From contig JAFXRG010000053.1 of NCBI GenBank assembly GCA_017526525.1, forward strand, positions 29,765 through 93,764: DNA of 64,000 bases, read 5' to 3'. Both the position numbers and the translations under genes were made by a program. This document shows positions 53,310 to 61,841 of the stretch, one piece after another (positions within the stretch are counted from its first letter, which is position 1; each line of letters begins with the position of its first letter). The stretch comes from Clostridia bacterium (GTDB lineage: Bacteria > Bacillota > Clostridia > Christensenellales > Aristaeellaceae). The notes under the pieces were generated by a model. That model ran no database searches, had not been told where the DNA came from, and worked only from the letters and a program-made list of their open reading frames with translations.

Positions 53310-54479
53310 TTAAAAATAACTCACCTTGATGCGCTTCCCCATTTTTTTCAGCGCTTCCGAAAGCTCCTTCACCAGGTTCATCTTGATGTTGAAGTTAATC
53401 GGCAGGTCGGGGTTCTGGTGAGCCGGGTTCACGGCCCTGCCCACGTAAAAGTTGATGTCGGTGGCCTCCTCAAACAGCAGCCGGCTGATCATGGACGCCC
53501 CGTCCTTTCCGTTGCTCCACGCCTCGTACTGCCGGTTGTCGCCGATGTAATCCTTGGCGTATTCCACCACCCGGTTCACGGTAATCACGCCCTCCGTCAC
53601 CAGGTCCACGCCTTCCAGGAATGCAATGGGAGGAATATCCCCCTCAAAGCTCAGGGAAGGCCGCAGGGGCTTGTTCAGCCATTTTGCGGCGATGGAAGAG
53701 GTGGTGCCGCCGCAGATGATGTGCTTCCCTTCCTTGGCAAAGAAAAGGTTCATCATCCGCTCCCCGTCGTCCCGGTTGCTGGGCGGGCCGAAAAGCATGT
53801 TCATGGGCACCCGTTTGCGGATCCGCACCACGCAGGAGGTGGCGTCGTCCCCCGGCTCCCCGCCGTAAAGCTTGTTGCATTCGTCCACCAGCAGCGTGGA
53901 AAGGTTCTTGGCGGTGTATCCGCAAAGGCTCATGGCCTCCATGAATTTGATGATGTCCTCCCGCTTCCATCCGAAGTTGTAGGCCATGCCGATGCCGGCA
54001 TGGGGACATCCGTCGCTCATGGCAATGAACACGTCGTCCTCCTGCAGCCGGATCAGGGAGCGGAAAATCTGTTTTCCCCCGATGGTGGTTTCCGTCCGGG
54101 GATATTCCCAGTTCTCGCCGTTGCGCAGCACAATCACCTGGGGGTTATCGTACTGAATCAGCTCCGCGGTCTGGTTCCGGATCAGCCGGATAATGGTAAA
54201 GGTGGAATAGGCCACCCCCCGCACCGAGCACACCGGCAGCGTGGCGGCAATGGTCTCCACGCATTCCTCAATGGAAAGCCCCGCGGCCAGCATGGTGGAA
54301 ATAATCTTGCTGGTCAGGGTGGACAGAATGCTGGCCTTCACGCCGCTGCCCAGCCCGTCCGCCAGCACGATCACGGTGGAGCCGTCCTCCTGCTCCACCA
54401 CCTCCACATGGTCCCCGCACAGCTGTTCCCCCGCGTGGTTGATGCTTTTGTAGCCGATGTCACAGGTTAATTCATTCAT
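53310..54479 (-). CDS. SpoIIE/PP2C Ser/Thr phosphatase (HfsC-like)
   Basis: CGD, LADGLGSG, MSDG, GDDAT. Confidence 0.9.
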   Translation of the reverse strand: MNELTCDIGYKSINHAGEQLCGDHVEVVEQEDGSTVIVLADGLGSGVKASILSTLTSKIISTMLAAGLSIEECVETIAATLPVCSVRGVAYSTFTIIRLIRNQTAELIQYDNPQVIVLRNGENWEYPRTETTIGGKQIFRSLIRLQEDDVFIAMSDGCPHAGIGMAYNFGWKREDIIKFMEAMSLCGYTAKNLSTLLVDECNKLYGGEPGDDATSCVVRIRKRVPMNMLFGPPSNRDDGERMMNLFFAKEGKHIICGGTTSSIAAKWLNKPLRPSLSFEGDIPPIAFLEGVDLVTEGVITVNRVVEYAKDYIGDNRQYEAWSNGKDGASMISRLLFEEATDINFYVGRAVNPAHQNPDLPINFNIKMNLVKELSEALKKMGKRIKVSYF

Positions 54480-56148
54480 TGGTAATGGACTCCTTCAGCT
54501 TGGACAGAGCGATTTTTGTCTCCGCGGCGGTTTCACCCAGCAGGCTGGCAATCTCCTGGACAATGCGCATCTGCTTGTCCACCACCTTGTCGGCCACCTC
54601 CACCGTCTGGCGGCTGAGTTCCTCCCGTGCCCGGCGGGCCTCCTCTTCCTCGCTGACGTCCCGCATGATGCACAGCAGCATCCTTCCGTCCTCGGCGGGC
54701 ACGATGGTCTGCTGAATGGTGCATCCGTATTCCGCCAGGTACGTCCGCTGGTGGAAAATGCCCCGCCCGGTGGTTTTCACCTGCATGAAGGGCGCGGGAT
54801 CCAGGATGCGTACCACCTGGTCCCCCAGCACCGCCTTGTCTGTCCGCAGGTTCAGGATTTTCAGGGCCGCCGGGTTAATCTGCTGCACCTCCAGCTGGTC
54901 GTTCAGCATCAGGATGCCGTTGGGGCTGTTCCGGGAAATGGTGTCGTTGACGTTCTCCGCCTTTTCCATCAGGTAGGGCAGGCACATGGAAACGTCCGCC
55001 TTGCCCTGGTAAATGGCAATGGCCTTTTCCCGGCACGTGTTGTATCCGCAGCTGCCGCAGTTCAGCTCCTGGCTGGGCTTGAACTTGCCCATTTCCCGCA
55101 GGATATCCCGGATCTCGTCCTCGCTGGGCATGGCCGCCCGCTGGTCAATGGGCTCAAAGTGCTTGCGCATCTGCCGGCTTTCCGGCTGGTCGATGTCAAA
55201 GTCCTTTTCACCGGCGTACCCGGCCACGGCCAGGTAGTCCTTCACCGGGCTCCGGCCGTATTTTTCCATCACCGGGCCCCCGGCGCAGCTGCCCACGCAG
55301 GCGCTCATTTCAATAAAGCAGTGGTGGATCTTTCCCTGCTCAATGTCCTTCAGCGCGCCGATGCAGTTTTCCACCCCGTCCAGCGCCAGGTAGGTAAATC
55401 CCGGCGCGTCCTGGGCCATGGTTTTGAGAATGCCCCCGGTGGTGGGAAAAAACCGGGCCAGACCTTTGCCGTCCGTCTGTTTTTCCGCGCGGATCTCAAT
55501 GCCCTCTTTTTTCAGCCACTCGGTCAGTTCCTCGTAGGTCAGCACGGCATCCGTAAAGCCCTCGTAGTATTCCGCCTCGTCCTTCTTGGCCACGCAGGGC
55601 CCGATGAAAACGGTTTTCGCCCCGGGAATCCGGCGCTTGATGTCCCGGCAGTGGGCCTGCATGGGGGACAGCACGTCCGCCAGGTACGGCAGCTCCCGGG
55701 GAAAATATTTCTGAATCAGCAGGTTGATGGAATGGCAGCAGGAGGAAATCACAATGTCCCGGTCCTCCTCCTGCAGGATCCTGTCATATTCCCGCTTCAC
55801 CAGCGTGGCGCCCAGGGCTGTCTCCTCCGCGTCGTAAAAGCCCAGCTTTTTCAGGGCTTCCCGCATGGCTTCAATCCCCGCCCCCTCGTAGTTGGCCACG
55901 AAGGACGGCGCCAGGGAAGCCACCACCGGCTCCCCGCCCTGGATGAGCACCTTCACCTTTTCCGTCTCGTTCACAATTTCCTTGGCGTTCTGGGGGCAAA
56001 CCACAAAGCACCGGCCGCAAAGAATGCATTCGTTGCCGATGATGTGGGCCTGGTTGCCGGAAAAGCGGATGGACTTCACGGGACAGTGGCGGATGCATTT
56101 GTAGCAGTTTTTGCAGTTGGATTTTTTCAGTGTCAGACAGTTTGGCAT
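54472..56148 (-). CDS. Sensory [FeFe]-hydrogenase with PAS domain (HydS/HfsB-like)
   Basis: 2x4Fe-4S N-terminus; SSCCHS, GPCVAKKDE, EMSACVGSCAGG; CGSCGYNTC FeS domain; C-terminal PAS and coiled coil. Confidence 0.9.
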   Translation of the reverse strand: MPNCLTLKKSNCKNCYKCIRHCPVKSIRFSGNQAHIIGNECILCGRCFVVCPQNAKEIVNETEKVKVLIQGGEPVVASLAPSFVANYEGAGIEAMREALKKLGFYDAEETALGATLVKREYDRILQEEDRDIVISSCCHSINLLIQKYFPRELPYLADVLSPMQAHCRDIKRRIPGAKTVFIGPCVAKKDEAEYYEGFTDAVLTYEELTEWLKKEGIEIRAEKQTDGKGLARFFPTTGGILKTMAQDAPGFTYLALDGVENCIGALKDIEQGKIHHCFIEMSACVGSCAGGPVMEKYGRSPVKDYLAVAGYAGEKDFDIDQPESRQMRKHFEPIDQRAAMPSEDEIRDILREMGKFKPSQELNCGSCGYNTCREKAIAIYQGKADVSMCLPYLMEKAENVNDTISRNSPNGILMLNDQLEVQQINPAALKILNLRTDKAVLGDQVVRILDPAPFMQVKTTGRGIFHQRTYLAEYGCTIQQTIVPAEDGRMLLCIMRDVSEEEEARRAREELSRQTVEVADKVVDKQMRIVQEIASLLGETAAETKIALSKLKESITNE

Positions 56149-56151
56149 CGC

Positions 56152-56391
56152 TTACACCCTTGCCTTGATTTCTTTTTCGAAGAATGTGCCGACGGTTTCC
56201 GGGGATACCGAGAAAAACTCCCCGTCCACCGTTACGCAGACCCCCTGCTGGCATTTGCCCATGCAGAAGGTGCCGCCCAGTTCAATTTTGTCGCTCAGGT
56301 TGTCCCGGGCAATCAGGTCCTGCAGCTGCTCCACCACGTGGCGGGAGCCCTTGATATGGCAGGAGGATCCGATACAGACGGTTACTTTCAT
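56152..56391 (-). CDS. Thioredoxin-like [2Fe-2S] protein (HfsA-like)
   Basis: VCIGSSCHIKG...FCMGKC. Confidence 0.9.
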   Translation of the reverse strand: MKVTVCIGSSCHIKGSRHVVEQLQDLIARDNLSDKIELGGTFCMGKCQQGVCVTVDGEFFSVSPETVGTFFEKEIKARV

Positions 56392-56425
56392 TGTTCTTCC
56401 TGTCTCCTTTGCTCATTGATTTCAA

Positions 56426-56457
56426 ACGCGGAAAGGGAGTTCCCTCCCTTTCCGTGT
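56426..56457 (-). promoter_or_regulatory. Intra-operon stem-loop between the kinase gene and hfsA
   Basis: CGGAAAGGGAG-TTCC-CTCCCTTTCCG. Confidence 0.55.
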
Positions 56458-56469
56458 CTCTTCCGCTGA

Positions 56470-57219
56470 TTAATGATATTCCACTACGCCGGCCCAGCTC
56501 AGCAGGAATTCCCGCTCCTGCTCGTTGCCCTTCACGGACTGGCTGGCGGCCACAATGGGCATCCATTTCTGAACGTACTGCATGGGCGTTCCGCTCTTGT
56601 CGCAGAACAGCTGCAGGTATTCCTTCGCGCCGTCGATGTCGCCGTGCAGCCAGAACAGCAGGTAGGTCCGGGCCACGTCGGCGCTGGCGTTGCCCTGTGT
56701 CACATGGCTCCAGTCGATCACGTAGGGATCGCCGTTCTTGCTGATAATCACGTTGGAAGGCCAGAAGTCCCCGTGGCAAACCTTGTTGTGGGTGGGCATG
56801 CCCTCCAGCCGGGCATGCAGGTCGTACCGGGTGGTGGCGTCCAGGTCCGCCTGGCTGATCTTCCGCTTCATCTTGTCCTTCAGCTGGTTCAGCAGGGGGC
56901 AGGTTTTGCTCTGCACCTCCATCTGGATGTCCACAAACCGGTTCAGGTATTCGCTCTTGTGATCCGGATCCTCCTTCATCATCTGGGAAAGGGTCTTTCC
57001 CTCGATGAACTCGGAAACGATGGCCCATTTTCCCTCGATCATGGTAACCTCCAGGATCCGGGGAATATGCAGCCCGGTTTCCTCAATGCGGGCCTGGTTC
57101 AGCGCCTCGTTGAGGATGTCCGCCTTGGAGTAGTTCTCGTTGAAAACCTTGACGCACCGGTCGCCGTCCCGGTAAATGGTCTTGGCGTTGCGCACGGCAA
57201 TGACGCGGTCCAGATTCAT
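56470..57219 (-). CDS. APH/protein-kinase-like phosphotransferase
   Basis: VKVF, EFIEG, CHGDFWPSNVI, IDW, DVART. Confidence 0.85.
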   Translation of the reverse strand: MNLDRVIAVRNAKTIYRDGDRCVKVFNENYSKADILNEALNQARIEETGLHIPRILEVTMIEGKWAIVSEFIEGKTLSQMMKEDPDHKSEYLNRFVDIQMEVQSKTCPLLNQLKDKMKRKISQADLDATTRYDLHARLEGMPTHNKVCHGDFWPSNVIISKNGDPYVIDWSHVTQGNASADVARTYLLFWLHGDIDGAKEYLQLFCDKSGTPMQYVQKWMPIVAASQSVKGNEQEREFLLSWAGVVEYH

Positions 57220-57235
57220 GTTTTTCTCCTCCTTC

Positions 57236-59938
57236 TCACTTTTTCCGGCGGCCCCGGTAGGCTTTCTTCACGGCGTCCTCTTCCAGGGAGACGATGTCGG
57301 CGGCCGTGGGCTTCGGCGTTTCGGTAAAATGCTTTTCGCCGTAGTAGGCGTTCAGGTACATCTGTTTGATCTCGCTCATCAGCGGATACCGGGGATTGGC
57401 GCCGGTGCACTGGTCGTCAAAGGCCTGCTCCGTCATGGCGTCCAGCCGGTCCAGGAAATCCTTTTCGTCCGGCACGTAGTCCCGGATGGTGGGCTTGATG
57501 CCCACGTAGGCTTTCAGGTCGTTGATCATCCGGATCAGCCCTTCCAGCTTCTCCCGGTCGTCTTCGCCCCGCACGCCCAGGGCTTCCGCCACCTCGGCAT
57601 ACCGCCGCAGGGTGTGGGGATAGCTGTACTGCGGGAAGGTGCCCATCTTCGCCGGCGCTTCGGCGGCGTTGAAACGCAGCACCTCTTCGATCATCAGGGC
57701 GTTGGCCACGCCGTGGGCAATGTGGTGGAAGGCGCCCAGCTTGTGGGCCATGGAGTGGCATACGCCCAGGAAGGCGTTGGCGAAGGCCATGCCCGCCATG
57801 GTGGCGGCGTTGGCCATCTTCTCCCGGGCTTCCGTGTCGGTCAGCCCGTTGTCATAGGCACGGGGCAGGTATTCAAAAATGGTCTGCAGGGCCTTGACGG
57901 CCAGCCCGTCGGTGTAGTCCGTAGCCATCATGGAGGCGTAGGCTTCCAGGGCGTGGGTCACGGCGTCAATGCCGCTGGCCGCGGTCAGGCCCTTCGGCGC
58001 GGTCATGTGGAAGTCGGTGTCGATAATGGCCATGTTGGGCAGCAGCGCGTAGTCCGCCAGGGGATACTTGACGCCGCTCTGCTCGTCGGTAATCACCGCG
58101 AAGGGCGTCACCTCGCTGCCGGTGCCGGCGGAGGTGGGAATGGCGATGAAGTAAGCCTTTTCGCCCATCTTCGGGAAGGTGTAAATCCGTTTGCGGATGT
58201 CCATGAACCGCATGGCCATGTCCTGGAAATCCACGTCGGGATGCTCGTACAGCACCCACATGATTTTGGCCGCGTCCATAGCGCTGCCGCCGCCCAGGGC
58301 GATAATCACGTCCGGCCGAAACAGGCGCATCTGTTCGGCGCCGGCCTTGGCGCATGCCAGGGTGGGATCGGGCGCCACGTCAAAGAAGGTGGCGTGCTGA
58401 ATACCGAGTTCGTCCAGCTTGTCGGCAATCGGCTTCGTGTTGCCGTTCTGGTACAGGAAGCTGTCGGTGACGATGAAGGCCCGCTTTTTGTCCATCACCT
58501 GCTTCAGCTCCTCCAGCGCCACCGGCAGGCAGCCCTTTTTGATATAAACCTTTTCCGGCGCGCGGAACCACAGCATGTTCTCTCTCCTCTCAGCCACGGT
58601 TTTGATGTTCAGCAGGTGTTTGACGCCCACGTTTTCGGATACGGAGTTGCCGCCCCAGCTGCCGCAGCCCAGGGTCAGGGACGGAGCCATTTTAAAGTTG
58701 TAAAGGTCGCCGATGCCGCCCTGGGAGGAAGGCGTGTTCACCACAATGCGGCAGGTCTTCATCCGGCCGGCAAAGGCTTCCAGCACCTCGGGCTTTTTCT
58801 GCGTGTCGGCATACAGGGAGGCCGTGTGGCCGTAGCCGCCGTCGGCAATCAGCCGCTCCGCCCTGGCAAAGGCGTCCTCCAGGTCCTTCGCCTTGTACAT
58901 GGCCAGCACGGGGCTCAGTTTTTCATGGGCAAACTCCTCGCTCAGCTCCACGGAGTCCACCTCGCCGATCAGCACCTTGGTGCCTTCCGGCACGGTCACC
59001 CCCGCCAGCGCGGCAATTTTGCAGGCGCTCTGGCCGACGATCTTCGCGTTCAGCGCCCCGTTGATCAGGATAGTATGGCGCACCTTGTCCAGCTCGCCCT
59101 CCCGCAGGAACCAGCATCCCCGCGCCGCAAACTCTTCCTTCACGGTGTCATAGATGCTTTCCGGCACAATCACGCTCTGCTCCGAGGCGCAGATCATGCC
59201 GTTGTCAAAGGTCTTGGAGTGAATAATGGAGTTCACCGCCAGCACCGGATCGGCGCTTTCATCAATCACGGCGGGCACGTTTCCGGCGCCGACGCCCAGG
59301 GCGGGCTTGCCGCTGGAGTAGGCGGCCTTCACCATGCCGGGTCCGCCGGTGGCGAGGATAATGTCCGCTTCCTGCATCAGCGTGTTCGTCATTTCCAGGG
59401 AGGGCACGTCGATCCAGCTGATAATGCCTTCCGGCGCCCCGGCCTTCACCGCCGCCTCCAGCACCACCCGTGCCGCCTCAATGGTGGATTTTTTTGCCCG
59501 GGGATGGGGGCTGAAGATGATGCCGTTGCGGGTCTTCAGGCAGATCAGCGCCTTGAAAATCGCCGTGGAGGTGGGATTGGTGGTGGGAATCACCGCCGCC
59601 ACCACGCCGATGGGCTCCGCAATTTTCTTCATGCCGGCGGCCTTGTCTTCCTCAATCACGCCGCAGGTCCGGGTATCCCGGTATGCGTTGTAAATATATT
59701 CGCTGGCGTAGTGATTCTTGATCACCTTGTCCTCCACCACGCCCATGCCGGTTTCTTCCACCGCCATCCGGGCCAGCGGAATCCGTGCCCGGTCGGCAGC
59801 CATGGCGGCAGCCAGGAAGATTTTGTCCACCTGCTCCTGGGTGAATCCGGCGTAAATCCGCTGGGCCTCGCGCACCCGGCCGATAGCCGCCTTCAGCGTC
59901 TCCACACTGTTCACCGTGTCAACTGTTCTGGTTTCCAT
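57236..59938 (-). CDS. adhE: Bifunctional acetaldehyde-CoA/alcohol dehydrogenase
   Basis: PTTNPTST, ATGG, DNGMICASEQ, GCGSWGGN linker, GGGSAMDAAK, HSMAHKLG. Confidence 0.97.
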   Translation of the reverse strand: METRTVDTVNSVETLKAAIGRVREAQRIYAGFTQEQVDKIFLAAAMAADRARIPLARMAVEETGMGVVEDKVIKNHYASEYIYNAYRDTRTCGVIEEDKAAGMKKIAEPIGVVAAVIPTTNPTSTAIFKALICLKTRNGIIFSPHPRAKKSTIEAARVVLEAAVKAGAPEGIISWIDVPSLEMTNTLMQEADIILATGGPGMVKAAYSSGKPALGVGAGNVPAVIDESADPVLAVNSIIHSKTFDNGMICASEQSVIVPESIYDTVKEEFAARGCWFLREGELDKVRHTILINGALNAKIVGQSACKIAALAGVTVPEGTKVLIGEVDSVELSEEFAHEKLSPVLAMYKAKDLEDAFARAERLIADGGYGHTASLYADTQKKPEVLEAFAGRMKTCRIVVNTPSSQGGIGDLYNFKMAPSLTLGCGSWGGNSVSENVGVKHLLNIKTVAERRENMLWFRAPEKVYIKKGCLPVALEELKQVMDKKRAFIVTDSFLYQNGNTKPIADKLDELGIQHATFFDVAPDPTLACAKAGAEQMRLFRPDVIIALGGGSAMDAAKIMWVLYEHPDVDFQDMAMRFMDIRKRIYTFPKMGEKAYFIAIPTSAGTGSEVTPFAVITDEQSGVKYPLADYALLPNMAIIDTDFHMTAPKGLTAASGIDAVTHALEAYASMMATDYTDGLAVKALQTIFEYLPRAYDNGLTDTEAREKMANAATMAGMAFANAFLGVCHSMAHKLGAFHHIAHGVANALMIEEVLRFNAAEAPAKMGTFPQYSYPHTLRRYAEVAEALGVRGEDDREKLEGLIRMINDLKAYVGIKPTIRDYVPDEKDFLDRLDAMTEQAFDDQCTGANPRYPLMSEIKQMYLNAYYGEKHFTETPKPTAADIVSLEEDAVKKAYRGRRKK

Positions 59939-60575
59939 ATTGTTCCTCCTCTTCCTGTTTAAACGGTCCTCCGGCCGTTCTCTGAAGATATGCCAGCGAT
60001 AAAGCGATGTTCTCCTGCTGTACCGTTACCCCGGGCGGGACCGTCACGGCCGCCGGCGCGAAGTTGAGAATCGCCCGCAGCCCGCCCCGTACCATTTCGT
60101 CCGCCGCTTCCTGCGCTGCCGCGGCAGGCACCGTCAGGATCCCGGCCTGAACGCGGTGCTCCGTGCAGAACGGAACCAGCCGGTCCATGGAATATACCGG
60201 AATCCGGCTTCCGGCGCGGACGCCTTCCCCGGCGTTCCGGTCAAAGGCAGCGATAATTTCCATTCCGTATTCGGCAAACCCGTCGTATTCCATCAGCGCG
60301 GTGCCCAGTTTGCCCGCCCCGACCACCACGGCGCAGGTGGGCCGCTCTGCCTTCAGGGTCCTTTCCAGGTCCTTCCGCAGCGCCGCCACGGGATATCCGA
60401 CCTTGGGCAGCCCGGCGGCGCATACGCTGGCCAGGTCCTTCCGCACCTGAACCTCGCCCAGTCCCAGGCCTTTTGCAATCTGCGTTGCCGAAACCTTGTC
60501 GGCCTTCACCGTCCGGATAAACCGCAGGTACCCGGGCAGCCTGCCCAGCGTCGGTTTGGAAATCGTGCTCTGCAA
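59919..60575 (-). CDS. rex: Redox-sensing transcriptional repressor Rex
   Basis: RLPGYLR, QVRKDL, GYPV, VGAGKLG, ILNFAP; TTG start after AAGGAGG; overlaps the adhE start. Confidence 0.9.
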   Translation of the reverse strand: MQSTISKPTLGRLPGYLRFIRTVKADKVSATQIAKGLGLGEVQVRKDLASVCAAGLPKVGYPVAALRKDLERTLKAERPTCAVVVGAGKLGTALMEYDGFAEYGMEIIAAFDRNAGEGVRAGSRIPVYSMDRLVPFCTEHRVQAGILTVPAAAAQEAADEMVRGGLRAILNFAPAAVTVPPGVTVQQENIALSLAYLQRTAGGPFKQEEEEQYGNQNS

Positions 60576-60701
60576 GGGATCATCCTCCTTTCGATATGCA
60601 TTATATCGAATGAAGCTTCCTTTGCGAATTACCAAAACCGTATATCGGTTATATCAATATCGATAAGAAATCCACCGATACGGAAACCGGCCCGGCCCGC
60701 C

Positions 60702-61631
60702 TTATCCGCGATCCGCAATGCAGGCCCGCCTGGACCGGGTCAGTTCCGTAATGAACCGCTTGTCCAGTTCCGTCAGCACGTAGTCCTTCCGGCGGATCAG
60801 CATATCCCGGTACATCCGCCGGTCGTCCGTGCATTCCCGCTGAACCAGTCCCAGCGTCTTCAGCAGCCGCTCCGGCAGCGGGGAAACCCACATGTACGTT
60901 TCAGGGTTGGTGCTGAGCAGATCCATCTGGCTTCCCCGTTCAAAAACAAAAATGCTGCGCGGCGCCTGCGGCAGCTCCCCGCTTTTCGCAACGGAAAGCG
61001 GCAGCGAAGGTACATAAGGATCCGCGTGGGCAATCCGGATGTATCCGTCCAGGTCGGAAAAATGAATGTTCCCGAGGGCTGCCAGGGGGCTGTCCGCCCG
61101 CATGGCCAGCACATACCGGAATTCCGCCGCCAGTTCCCCGTCCAGGCCTTTTTCCTCCAGCATCTGCCGGTAATATTTATCGTATCCGGAGGCGTACCGG
61201 ATGATGCCCAGGTTGTACCCAACCTCGAGAATGTCCTTCACCGCCTGCAGCGCGTTGGTTTCGTGGTAAAAAAACTCGGCCTCCCCCGGCCCCAGCGTCC
61301 GGGAAAAGGCGGAAAAAGCCTCGGAAATATAGCTGGCCCGGGGCACGGAAACGGAAAAACGCTGTTTCCCGGGTTTCCGTTCCTTGTACAGGCTTTCCAT
61401 CTCGTCCACCTGTTCCAGGATCTTCCGGGCCTGCTGCACAAAAAGCTCCCCGTCCGGCGTCAGCATCATGCCCCGGGAGGACCGCAGGAAAAACTGAAGT
61501 CCCAGCTCCGCCTCCAGCTCCCGCACCACCCGGCTCAGGTTGGGCTGGGCCACATGAAGCTCCTCCGCCGCCTGGTTGATGGAACCGTGCTCCGCGATGC
61601 TGACCACGTATTTGAGATGCAGGATGTTCAT
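60702..61631 (-). CDS. LysR family transcriptional regulator
   Basis: GSINQAAEELHVAQPNLSR..ELE.ELG..F.RS.RG..LT.DG. Confidence 0.92.
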   Translation of the reverse strand: MNILHLKYVVSIAEHGSINQAAEELHVAQPNLSRVVRELEAELGLQFFLRSSRGMMLTPDGELFVQQARKILEQVDEMESLYKERKPGKQRFSVSVPRASYISEAFSAFSRTLGPGEAEFFYHETNALQAVKDILEVGYNLGIIRYASGYDKYYRQMLEEKGLDGELAAEFRYVLAMRADSPLAALGNIHFSDLDGYIRIAHADPYVPSLPLSVAKSGELPQAPRSIFVFERGSQMDLLSTNPETYMWVSPLPERLLKTLGLVQRECTDDRRMYRDMLIRRKDYVLTELDKRFITELTRSRRACIADRG

Positions 61632-61841
61632 TTTTTCCTCCCGGAGCCGTTTACTGTTTTTTTTCATTTTACAGCATTTTTCCCGTCCCGGCAAGTGCCG
61701 CCCGCGTCCGCCGGGCGCAAAATCCGTTATTCTTCCTTCCTTTTTTGCCATCTGTCCCGTTGTTTTTTCCGGTTCCCTATGCTAAACTGTCTGCAGGTTG
61801 AACCTCATCTGAATAAAGAAAACCCCGAAGGAAGAAAATCG

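Noticed and set aside
56470-57219. Aminoglycoside resistance phosphotransferase
   Set aside because: Embedded in the adhE-hydrogenase cluster with a PP2C phosphatase; a regulatory or metabolic role is more plausible.
60156-61841. N-terminal half of the 1128-aa ORF, suggesting a giant fusion protein
   Set aside because: Antisense to rex and lysR; the real gene starts at ATG 61842 with a signal peptide.
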